Part shown: in pieces, positions 11,862 to 23,416 of the stretch | How the letters are laid out: each line of letters opens with the position of its first letter | How positions within the stretch are numbered: the stretch's first letter is position 1 | Assembly: GCA_958009085.1 (NCBI GenBank) | Contig: OY253669.1 | Location: forward strand, 1,240,001-1,304,000 | Origin: Protoeuglena noctilucae | Taxonomy: Eukaryota | Length of the DNA: 64,000 bases | Direction of reading: 5' to 3' | The notes under the pieces: generated by a model | What the model was told of the DNA's origin: nothing | What the model saw: only the letters and a program-made list of their open reading frames with translations | Databases searched by the model: none | Program-made: the position numbers and the translations under genes

Positions 11862-14800
11862 ATGGAGCATCGTCGTAGCGAAGTGTTGACGCTGGAGGGC
11901 GAGGCATCTGTCGGGCCGTCCTACCGGCACGCCCCTCCGGTGCATTCCCCGAGGCTGCGGGGCCACTCGCAGGCGCACACTAGCGAAGCGCATGCAGCGG
12001 CCGACCACGGGGCGCGGGCGAAGGCCGCGAGCCCCTACCTGGCCTCCCCCGCGCATCCGCCCCCTGTGCGCTCGTCGCCCTCTCCGCACAAGTCTTCCTC
12101 GCGGATCCTTCGCTTGGAGACGACACCGTCGCCGGAACAAGCGCCCGTCGGGCCGGTCCTCTCCGCTTCGCAAAGCGCGGAGGCCCTGCACCGCCACGAG
12201 GAGGAACGCCGGTCCCCTCCGCCCTCCACGTCGCCGCCTTCCTCCCCCTCTCCCCACCTCGCGTTGGAGAAGGATGAGAAGGACTTGAGGGATCCCGGCG
12301 GCCGCGCGGAGGGGAACGGGGACGGCGCAGCGGGGCCACGGCGCACCATGTCGAGCCATGCCCGCCTCGACGGGGCGGCCTCCGCGCGGCCGAACGCCCG
12401 CGTGGTCGTCTCAGTCGCTTCCAAAGCAGACTCTGCAGCGAAGGAGCTCGGCAGCGAGGCATACAGCGGGGACGTGCGGCCAATTGCAGACATGACGCCG
12501 GAGGAGCTGGAGAGGGAACGGCTGCGACTCAAGGGAGCTTCGGGAGCGGACACGGCCCCTCTGCCACGGTGCGCCGCTTGAGGTCCACCGTCATCTCGGC
12601 TTGCAGGGCGTCTCTTGGCCCGTCGCTTGGCCCGTCGCGCCCGTGCCAACACCTCACCCTCGCTCTCCCCACGCAGGTGGAACAAGGCGCTGGGCCCCAG
12701 CTTCCGCATCTCCCGCGGGGGGACTCTGATGACTCTGCTGGCGAAGAACAAGGAGGAGGTGGAGCCCATGCTGCCCGTCGTAGAGGCCTTTGAGGCGGAC
12801 GCCTTGGATGAGCTGGGCGTGGGGAGCGGCCACAGCACGGCCGGGAGGGAGCACGAGGGCTACGGCGACGACGAGCGGAAAGCGGGGCCCGCAGACAATG
12901 AGGGCGAGGCAGTGAAGGTGAAGGGGAGCTACCCCGTCTTCGCGCTCCCGGACGCGGCCGCGGTGGCAGGGAGCGGGCCAGGGACGGCAGGGGTGCTGCC
13001 CCTGACGAGGTTCGGGTCGACGCCCCGGGGCCCGGCGATGCCCGCCAAGGCCTCGCGGCTGGCGGCGGTGACGCGCGCGGGGGCGGCTCCCGGTCCCCGC
13101 AACCACGTGTGGCCGGCGCCCGACTCCGACGACGCCCGGGGGTCCCTCCTGGCCGAGGGCGTGCCGTCGTCCAGCGTGGCGCGGGGCGCCGGCAGCGCGG
13201 TGACGGCCCCGGCGGAGCCGGCGACCAAGGTGCGCGACATGGTCAAGACGTCCGTGTGGAACGCGGACGCGGACTTCGTGGAGATGGTGCGGCAGCGGTC
13301 GTGGAAGGCGCGGGCGCAGGGCATCGCCAAGCGCATCGTGTCCAACCAGGACTTCGAATTCACCGTCATCGTCCTCATCTTCGCCAACTGCATCACGCTC
13401 TCCATGTACCGGCCCCTGGAGGGCGACAGCGCCCCTTTCAACAGGCGAGCGGCTGCGTGACGCACAATCCCGCGTCACTATTTGCAGATTTGGCGTCTCC
13501 CGCGGTCGCATGCCTCAGTGCCAAGCATGCCCCGCCCGCCCTCTGGGTCCCCCGCAGCCGCCTGGCGATGGCCGAGCTCGTCTTCAACGTGGCCTTCTCG
13601 GTCGAGGTCGTCTTGCGCTTCATCGCCGACGGCGGCATCCGCAACTACTTCCGCGAGGCCTGGAACGTGTTCGACTTCCTCATGGTGATGGCGGGGTACT
13701 CCTCCCTCCTCCCCGTGGGCAACAGCAACACGGGCGCGATCCGCGCGCTACGTGCGCTCCGCGCCCTGCGCCCCCTGCGCACCATCACGCGGTTCCAGAG
13801 CCTCCGCGTCATCGTGGTCGCCTTCCTCGAGTCGGTGCCCATGATCGGGCAGGTAACGATGCTCATGTTCTTCGTCATGGTCCTCTTCGGCATCTCGGCC
13901 CTCTCGCTCTTCTCCGGGGCCTTCCACTACGAGTGCTACGACCCCGTGACGGGCCAGCCCGAGACCTACCCCAACCCCATCCTTCCCGACGAGTTCGGCT
14001 GCGGGGGGTGGCGCACGTGCCCCCCGGCGTTCCCCGTGTGCCGCCACAGCAGCGCCAACCTGGCCATCAACGCCGCCGGCTTCGACAACCTCGCCACGTC
14101 CCTCCTCACCGTCTTCCAGATCATGACGCTCGGCGACGCATGCATCGTGATGTACAGGGTCATCGACAACACCTCCTGGGCATCCGCCCTCTGGTTCGTC
14201 GCCCTTATCCTCTTCATGACCCACCTCTCGCTCAACCTCTTCCTCGCCGTGCTCAAGCTCGAGTTCGGCCGGGCCCAGCGCGCCTTTGCCGAGGAACTCA
14301 AGGCGACGCGCAAGTCCACCAAGAAGACGACCTTCGCCAAGGCCATCAATTTCGTCCGCGCGGGGATGCACAACTTCGTGGACCGGCAGCGCGCCAAGGT
14401 GCGTGGCGCGGACTGGCACGTGCTGCGCGGCGCGACGTCGGGAGACCTGCTGCGTGTCGCGTGGCGCTGCCACCGTCGCCCGACCGCGTGGCCTGCGGAC
14501 GCAGTGACATATCTGCGTTTTTGCTCTTGCTCTGCAGAGCCTGGACCTCCTGGTGGACGCCAGCGAGGGGTCCGTGGCCTCGGCCATATCAGGGCTGCCT
14601 CCGAAGAAGCTGACGGAGGAGCAGCGCGTGGCCATCCGGCAAGCGGCGCTGGAGGAGCTCGTGAACGCGGAGCGGCGCGTGGTCGTGCGGGCCTGGCTGC
14701 GGCTGCGGCTGCGTCTCATGCGGCTTTCGGACAGCACGGCCTTCAACAACTTCTTCCTGTTCGTCATCCTCGTCAGCACCGTCTTCATGGCATCCGAGTA

Positions 14801-17800
14801 CTACGGCATGTCCGCGACCTACACGGCCGTGCTCAACGGTGAGTGGCATGCATAGCGGGGCCGAGGCGGCAGTGCGTTCGACACCTGTGCATTTAACTAC
14901 CCGCGCTCCGCTGGCGCCTCTCTGAGAGAAGCGCTCGGCCATGTCCGCCTGCTCTCTTACGCGATCCACCGCGCCCCCGCTCTCTGCCCGCAGTGGCCAA
15001 CTACGTGACCACCGCGCTCTTCTGTTTCGAGCTGGTCATCAAGATGGTCGGGTACACGTTCTGGGGCTACATGAGCGACGGCTTCAACGTCTTCGATCTC
15101 GGTATGGTCCTCCTGTCTCTCTTGGACATCTTCTTCCTGTCGGGAGGAGGACTGCAGGCGCTGAGGGCGCTGCGATCGCTGCGGGTGATTCGGTCCCTCC
15201 GCGTCCTCCGCATCTTCAAAATGTTCAAGTACCTGCAGTCCCTCAAAAAGATCGGCGACGTGATCATGCAGGCGCGTTCTCCCCACGCTGCCGCGGGGCT
15301 GGCGGCAATGGGGTACCACCTTCGCACCACCAAGACACGTGCACAGCTGTCGCGGCGGGACGCTTCAAGTGACGCGTTCCGTGTCCGCAGAGCTCCGGGT
15401 TCTTCTTCTCGGTCGCGGTGCTGATGATCCTGTTCATGCTGGTCTACACCATCATCGGGCTCCACACGCTTGGCGCCGTGATGCTGGACGACAGCTGGGC
15501 CACCAACAACTTCTCCTCCTTCGTCACAGCCCTGCGATCGACCTTCCAGGCGAGGATCTCAACCGGCTGAGCTCCCTTCCTTCGCCTTGCTGCTAGCCTA
15601 GCCATGCTTGCCCGTTGTGTGCCGTGAAGGGTCCCATGTTGGCGCGTTGGCGCGTGCAGCTACGGGCCCGCGCCCTAACCTCCCTCCTTGGCTCTCCTCC
15701 GCAGCTTTCCACGCTCTAGAACTGGCAGGTGCAGATGTTTGCGTACGTGCGGGCGTCCGGGTGGGGCACCTCGGCCTTCTTCATCACCTGGGTCATCCTC
15801 AGCAACATCATCCTGCAGCAGCTCTTCCTCGCCGTGATCATGGAGGCCTTCGAATCCAAATACGACACCGAGGTGAGACGAAGAGCTACGCGCGGAGAGA
15901 TTGAGCGGGAAACGCGGCACACGCATCGGTGGCATGACCGTGGCTGTCGCCACTTTCACAACACGCGCAGGTGACGAAGGAGATCAAGTTCCTGTTCAAG
16001 CGCACGGCCAAGGGGCGCAAGCAGGGGCCCAAGAACAAGACGCTGAGCGACCAGGACCGGCTGGGGTCCAAGGTGGGGGCGTCGGCGCTGATGGGCCCTC
16101 GAGAGGAGAGCGTGACGTCTTTCCGCCCAGGCGCGGACGGGCCCAGGGGAGGCGGCGCGACGAGGTTCGGGCCGTCCGCGACGGAGAGCGCCCGCATGGG
16201 CGACGCGGGGCTCCCGCTAGGCGCCCAGTTGGCACGCGACACGGCCTCTGGGACCGTGCCGGTGTTTGCCCTGCACAAGGACGACTCGGTGGGCGGTGGG
16301 CAGCCGGGCGCTGCTCTGACCGAGAAGGTCCCGGCGCGGGTCACGCGGTTTGCCCTCGCGGATGGGGCTGGGCCTGCCGTGGCCGTCCGCACCGTCCCGG
16401 CACCTGTCCTGGAGCGCCCGAGCGTGGCGTTCGCAGACGCACCGGCCGAGGACGGCACCGAGCCGGGACCGCTCTGGGCGACACCCGCGCGGCCCAAGAG
16501 CGCCGCGGCGACGCCCCAGCGGATGCATGTGGCGGATGGTGCTGCCCCGGCATCCCCAGCGATGTTTGTCGGGGATGAGCCGGCGACGGTCGGGCGCGAG
16601 GCCGCGTCCCGGCAACGGCCGCAGGAGTTCCGGGGCTGGGTCGCCGATGCCGAGCCCGACGGTGCGGGTCGTGGCGCGCATAGCCCGTTGCCAGGGCCGA
16701 CGGCCCCTGGCCCAGTGGCTGAGTCTCTGGGGTCGGCTCACCTGTCGGGGCGCGTCGCGCGGGCGATACCCGGCTCTCGGGTGGAGTTCTCGGGACGGAG
16801 GACGTCGTCCTCATCTAAGGAGTTGAGGAGCGTGCGCGGGTCCGAGGAGGCCGTGGCACAAGCGAGGGTGGCTGGCGGCCGCCTCGCCCGCACGACGTCG
16901 AGTTCCTTAGCGGAGCGGATCGGGCGCGGCCTTTTTCCGCCGAGCGCGGGCCCATGGGGGCGGGTGGCACCCACGCTCTTCATCCCGGAGTGCACGCCCT
17001 TGGACGTGCCGTCCACGCCCTCCCCGACCGGCAGCCGGCGGCTGCGGGGCTCCGTCGACGCGGCATCGATGCCCGGCACGCCCCACCGCGGATCCTCGGT
17101 GTCAGGGCGCTCCCTGTCCCGCCGCGCGTCAGACCGAGGCCTGCGGCCCCAGCGGTCGCTCTACGAGAGCCCTGTGGGGCGCCCGGTGAGTCGGTTCCGG
17201 ACGAGCGAATCCCTGCACGAGGCGTCGCCGGGAGCGACCGCGCGGCTGCCGTCCTGGCGGGAGGACCGCGCTGGGTCAGCTGTCGGGGAAGCGGCATTTG
17301 GGGCCGAGGGCAAGGGGCTGGCGCACGCGGACGGTGGCGCGAGGGACGTGCGGCCGGCCCCAACCGCGCGGGTCGATGCGGAGGGTCTGGCGGCGTCGGG
17401 ATGGGACCTGAGCGAGCTGGCGGGCGTGCGACGCAACACGGTGGTCCCCGCTGGCCCCGTCATGGAGGACTGGTTCCAGCGTCCCGGCAAGGAGTCGAGC
17501 GCGGTGGGTAGGGATGACTCCGGCGGCTTGGAAACGGGCAAGCGGGTGAAGGCGGACCGGGCGGCGCGGGAGTCGGGGTACAGCGACACGGCTCCCAGCG
17601 TGAGCGAGGTCTCCCGGACGTCCGGGTCGCGGTTCTCGTTCGCGGGGGACTTCGGCGAACTCACGGAGATACAGGATGAGGTGAGCGCGGGGTCGCAGCG
17701 CCGCAGCGTGGCCAGCATGACGCTGCCGTTGCCAGCGTGCGCGTTGACTAGCGCTGTTGATTGACTATGCCCCGTCCTCGTGCGCAGTTGGCGGATCTCG

Positions 17801-20800
17801 GGAGGGACGAGTGGGGCTCGCTGCACAGCGGGAGCACGCAGACGACGGTGACGCAGGGATCGATCCCTCAGACGGCGGTGCGGCGCAAGAAGGGCGGCAA
17901 GCGCACGCCGCCGCACCTCAAATTCCAGGGCAAGGCTTTCGGATTCCTGGACACCTAGAGCCCCTTTCGCCGCACCTGCTACCGCATCGCCACCAACAAA
18001 CGCTTCGAGGTTTTCATGCTCGTTGTCATCGCAAGTGCGAGCCGCGCCTGTGCCATACGCCGCCATCTGCAGCGCCGCGTGCCATGATTGCCATCCGATG
18101 CTGTGACCCTCTGCTGGACGCTCTGTCGCTCCCCGCGCGCAGTCAACTGCGGGATGATGATGTACGACCGCCCCACGATCGTCAAGGGATCAACGTCCTA
18201 CGCGGTGCTGTACTGGAGCGACGTGTGCTTCACCGTCCTGTTCGGCATCGAGATGCTCATCAAAATGACAGCCTTCACGGCCAAGGAGTACATCCGGCAC
18301 ACGCCCAGCGCGGTGGACACGGGCATCGTGGCCACCAGCGTCCTCACCCTCGCTCTGGAGAGCTACCTCCACCAGATCAGCGTCATCAAGGGGCTGCGGG
18401 TGCTGCGGGCGGTCAAGCCGCTCCGGGCAATCACGCGCAGCGCGGGGATGCAGCTCGTCCTGCGCTCCATCCTCCTGGTGAGCCGCGCAGCGGTACCTGT
18501 AATGCCGCGGCCCACCGTTGGCGCCCCGGTGCCGCGCCGGCTGTGCATGGGTCCTGCTTACGACAACTGCCCCTTGGTTGAACCTCCCGCAGTCTATGGT
18601 GGCCATGGCCAACGTGTCAGTGATCCTGCTGTTGTTCTTCATCATCTTTGGCATCCTGGGCGTCCAACTCTTCGGCGGAAAGTTCTACTCTTGCAACGAC
18701 CCGACCGTCGACGGCAGGACGCAGTGCGTGGGCACGTTTGTCGACCCTAGCTCAGGTGCGGGATGCTGGGCGCGGCGTGCAGTCGTCGAGAACACTGGTG
18801 CGCTGCAGTTGCCCCGGGGTGCGTTGGCCGGGGTCACTAGGACCCTAGCCTCGTCCTGATGCTGCTCTATGTCCCATGGTGCATGCCCCGTCCTGCCCCG
18901 TCCCTTTCCTTTGCCATTTACACACACCTGGTGCTCTCACACCTCACACGTCACGCTCGCGCGCCTCGCAGGGGCCGTGACCCAGCGCGTTTGGAGCAAC
19001 AGCTTCTTCAACTTCGACAATCTCGGTCACGCGCTCGTCATCCTCTTCGTTTTTGCCAACCAGGACAGCTTCACCGACCTCCTGAGCCTGGCCATGTCGA
19101 CGCGCCAGCCCGACCAGCAGCCGGTGCCCGGGGCGAACAACTGGGCCGTGCTCTACTTCATCGCCTTCATCTACATCGTCGGGTTCTGCATGATGAACAT
19201 GTATGTTGGGTGAGGGACGCGCGGGGCGGGGCACACAACTTGGCAAGTCGTGCCCCTCGCTCACAGCCGCCGGCGGGGCGCGAGGGCGTCTCGACCCCTG
19301 TCCCACCCGGTCTGGGCGCCGCAGCGGGGTGTTCTTCCATTTCACTGTGTGAAATTCCCCTTTCTCGCCTCTTCTCTCCCACAGAGTGGTGTTCTTCCAG
19401 TTCACACGCATCAAGATGCTCAGCCAGACGGGCACGGCCTTTTTCACCAAGGAGCAGTCCCAGTGGGTGGAGCTAAACAAGGTCCTGGCACGGTTGAAAC
19501 CCGAGGTGAGGCCTTGGGTGGTGGGTGTGAGCCCCGGGCATGCGACATGAGTGGGGTGGTGCTGGCACAACTGAGAAAGGAGGTGAGCATCAGGCTTGTG
19601 GCATGGAAGGGGTTTGCCGGCATGGTGTGGCTGTGTCGGGACCTCCGCGTTCCGACGCCGGCGTGCGTCCCTCGGCCTGCAGGGCAAGCCGCAGGGCCAG
19701 TCGCGGTTCAGTCGCATGTGCGCGCGCATCATCATGTCGCCCAAGTTCGAGGCCTTCATCATGGGCGTGATCGTCGCCAACGTGTTTGTCATGGCCCTCA
19801 CCTGGTACAGCGAGCCGCCCGCCATCGTGATGCTCCAGACCATCTCCAACTACGTCTTCACCGCCATCTTCCTCGTCGAGGTCGTCCTGAGGGTGAGCCA
19901 GGCTAGCTTTTGCATCAGCGCAGGGGGGGCCCACGGCTGGTGGCAGCCCGGCGCCATGCCAGGACAGTCTGGCCGTCTGCGCAGGGAGCGGTGCCAGGCT
20001 AGCTTGTGTGTCAGCACAGGGTGCCATGCCAGGCAATGGCGGGTGCCACCACCGGATGCCACTATATCGCGTAACCCCTTGCGCCACTGTTCCCTCTGCA
20101 GGCCTCTGCGTGGACGTGGCGCGTCTACTGGGTCTCCAGCTGGCACCGCTTCGACTTCTTCATCTCGGTCGTGTCGCTGGTGGACGTCGTGGTGTCCCTG
20201 GCCGCCTCCGCCGTCAACATCGGCTTCATCCGCATCCTGCGCGTGCTGCGCCTGGCGCGCATGCTGCGATTGATCAAGCGCGTCCGGGGCCTCAACGACC
20301 TCTTCACGACTCTCTACATCTCCCTGCCTGCCCTCTGGAACGTCGGCGCCCTCATCTTCCTCCTCTTCTTTGTCTACGCCTACATCGGGGTCCAGATCTT
20401 CGGTCACCTGGCGCAGTCGACCGGGGGGGCCATCAACTACCACGCGTCGTTCGCCGACTTCGGCAAGGCCATCCTGACGCTCTTCCGCGCCTCCTGCAAG
20501 GACGACTGGTCGCCCGTGATGCAGGGCATGATGGAGAAGCCCCCGGCGTGCTCGTACGCCGCCGGCACGTGCGGGACCCTCTTCACGCTCCCGTACATGC
20601 TCTCCTTCATGATCCTCGTCGGCATCGTCATGATCAACCTCTTCCCGACCGTCATCATCGAGAACTTCGAGACGACGATGCAGCAGGAGGAGTGGACGCT
20701 GCAGCCCGCCACCCTCGACACCTTCGTGGTCCTATGGGCCAGGTACGACGACGGGTCGGGGACCATCCTGCCGCGGCAGTTCGAGGAGCTCCTCGTGGAG

Positions 20801-21765
20801 ATCGGGCCTCCGCTCGGGCTGAAGAAGAACGCCTCGCCCAAGGAGATCGTGCAGGTGAGAGACTGTTGACGGATGGCGAGGGACGGCAAGGGTAAAGTGG
20901 AGTCGGCAAATAAGGGGCTGTTCATGACAAGAGGTGGCTAGGGCGCAGCACAAGCATGGAGCTTATGCAGGCAATGCCAGTAGGGAGGCTCGCTGCGTGC
21001 TGCGCGTGTGCGTGTGGTCCCTCGCATCGCTCTCTGACGCGCGCCCTGCCCATGGATGCGCCCCCGCAGTTCGTGACGGAAATCGACATTCCGCTGACCA
21101 CGGACGGCCGCGTGAGCTTCGGCGCTGCGTTGTACGAATTGGTCCGTCGCGTGTGCGAGGTGGATCTCCCAGAGGGCGAGGTGCTGCGGCAGGTGGAGCG
21201 GCTGTACAAGCGGCTCCTCAAGGGCGTGGACATGTCCAAGGAGGACCACAACAACTTCTCGGCCTTTGTCATTGTCAAGCGGGTGCAGAAGCGGTGGCGC
21301 CACCTGTGCCGCGCACACAACCTCGTCGATCGGCACGCCGTCAGGTCCCTGCGCGCCGGTGTGCCCTCCGCGCAGCTCGTCGTGGTGAGGCCCGCGCGGG
21401 TGCTAGGGTTACAGCTAGGGGATAGCGACACGTCCCTGAGCCACGCTGGGCCAGCGCGTCACGCCAGTTTTCCAGTGCATCGTGGTTGCAATCGTGACGC
21501 AACCCCCGTGCCCGCACCCCCGCAGGCTCCGCCGCGGACTCTCAAGCAAGAGTTCGCCAAGGCGTCCACGAAGGTGCCGGGGCTCGCGTTCAAACTCGAC
21601 CGCGCCAGCCTGAAGGCCTTTTTGTCGTCCGAGCTGGGCCGCGAGCTCATGGCCAGGGACGGCGGCGCTATTGCGGGGCTCGCGCTCCCGTGGACGCGGA
21701 CCGGGTCGCAGCGCCACTCCATGCGGCGCGGCCGGACCCAGGAGGAAGAGGATCAGAAGCGATGA
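11862..21765 (+). CDS. Four-domain voltage-gated cation channel alpha subunit (Cav-like); about 18 exons, two in-frame TAG codons
   Basis: Four 6-TM repeats, each with an S4 segment (RALRALRALRPLR; RALRSLRVIRSLRVLR; KGLRVLRAVKPLR; RILRVLRLARMLR) and a pore loop. C-terminal EF-hand-like 'WARYDDGSGTI' and IQ-like 'VKRVQKRWR'. TGA stop at 21763-21765. Confidence 0.93.
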
Positions 21766-22044
21766 CCAGGGCCCAGCAGAGGGCCCTCGAGGCAGCGGTG
21801 ACCGTGTGCGGAGCGTGCCGCATCCCTTTGTGCAGTTTTGCGACACCTGTCTTGTCCGTTTCCTCCATTTTGCGTGACAGCGTCCAACACCGCGTCTTGC
21901 GTTAGTTTCCAGGCGCACGCTGCAGCATGCCGTGTCGCACTCATGCCTTGGACGCCGGACGCCCCATGTCAGCCTCCGTTGGCGCTCGCCGGTGCTGCCA
22001 CAATTCGCGTTCCCGCCTTGGTCATGGCTTTAGCGCCTCCGCTA

Positions 22045-22065
22045 CCCCCCCCCCCCCCCCCCCCT
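22045..22065 (+). repeat. Poly-C homopolymer between convergent genes
   Basis: A run of about 20 C is directly visible. Confidence 0.9.
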
Positions 22066-22273
22066 TTCGTAGGCTCCAGTCGCATGCCCAAACGAGTGCC
22101 ATGAGCGGTGCGCTCTTCGCCGCGTACATCGCGTATACTGAATGGCTAGTTTGCCTCACAACTTGCTTGAAAGTCTACGAGCTCAGAGAGAATCGAGCAG
22201 GGCTACATCAGCCCCCAGGGGGCAGCTGGGCGACGCCTTGATCCTTGCGACCCCGTCGCCGGCCTGCGTGTTT

Positions 22274-22659
22274 CTACTTCGTGATTAGGTAATACAGGTT
22301 ATAGGCGATGCTCACAGACCCGAGCCCCGCGATGTAGAGCCAGTAGACGCGGTTGACGGTGTCGTCGCTGTCCGTGGCGTTGTAGACCCACGCGTGCCTC
22401 CGGTTCTGCGGCGCGCAGCGGCTGGGATCCTTGGAAAAAATACGGGAGAAAGCGCGCCAAGACGCCGCGCGCGCCCGGGGCCGGGAAACGGGACCGGTCG
22501 CACGGTCGCACGGTCGCAAGGCGTCACCTTCGCCTCGGCCAGGTGCCGCTGCTCCGTGATGATCTTCGGCGAGGAGAGAGTCCCAGTCTGGGTTCCCGTC
22601 GACGCCTGGGTGGCCATGCCCCGGCGCGCTGCCTGGGCGAGCTGCCGAAGCGACCGCAT
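22274..22659 (-). CDS. Small mitochondrial single-TM protein, cytochrome c oxidase subunit VIIa-like; 2 exons
   Basis: Presequence-like 'MRSLRQLAQAARRGMAT', then 'KIITEQRHLAEAK|NRRHAW...YWLYIAGLGSVSIAYNLYYLITK'. Size and layout resemble plant COX7a-like proteins. TAG stop. Confidence 0.5.
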
Positions 22660-23416
22660 TGCGCCCTGCGTCCGTGCGCCCCAGAAGCCTGCGGGCCGGC
22701 GCGGACAGCCTCCCAAGCTTGCTTCCTTCCGCAAAGTCGTTCCCGCGCTCCCCATCCGTGGGCTTGCGCGCAGCAATGCGTGTCCATCAGGGGCCAGAGC
22801 ACGCCAGCGCACGCCGATGGCGACAGCCGGGTAGTAAGAGATGCGCCGAAGAGGCATCGCTGCTCCGGGACGGCACACCTTCGACAGCGAGTTGGGAAGT
22901 TCAACCACAATCCCGACGCCCCTCCTTTGAACCACTGCTCGGTAGCCCCTCGCGAAAGGACAAACATATGCGGTTGAGCGCGGCCAGGCAGCCGCATCCG
23001 TTACCCCTTCGTTCTGACGTGTCGCCGAAACGCAGGCTGGGACTCCTTCTCAGACGCCCAACGTCGCCATGCCCCGTCCATTGTTGAGCCCCTCTGCGCG
23101 GGGGGGTGGGAGCTCCTGGCTTAATTCCCCGCCCCGGGCACTTCAGCGCATTTTCAAACCTGCGAGTGACATCGCCGGCGAAATGTCGCGCCCGGGTGCG
23201 CCGGAGCTTCCCGGGCGCAGGGAGGTGGCTGCGATTCAAATGTCTCAGGTGTGCGAGGGCAGGCGCGGGCGATTGGACGGTTTGCACGCTTCCATCACAA
23301 CCAGTTGTGACCCCGGACCAGGATGTCTTCGCCATTGCCGCGACCCCGCACATCGCCGCGTTACTGGCCACACGTTGTGGCACGGACGGGTAACGGGCGC
23401 CGGCGAACCGGGGAAC

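Noticed and set aside
15717..17958. A-to-I editing of TAG to TGG (Trp)
   Set aside because: The aligned positions are acidic or polar in homologs, so Trp fits poorly.
22494..22518. (GGTCGCAC)x3 microrepeat in an intron
   Set aside because: A short slippage repeat with no supporting context.
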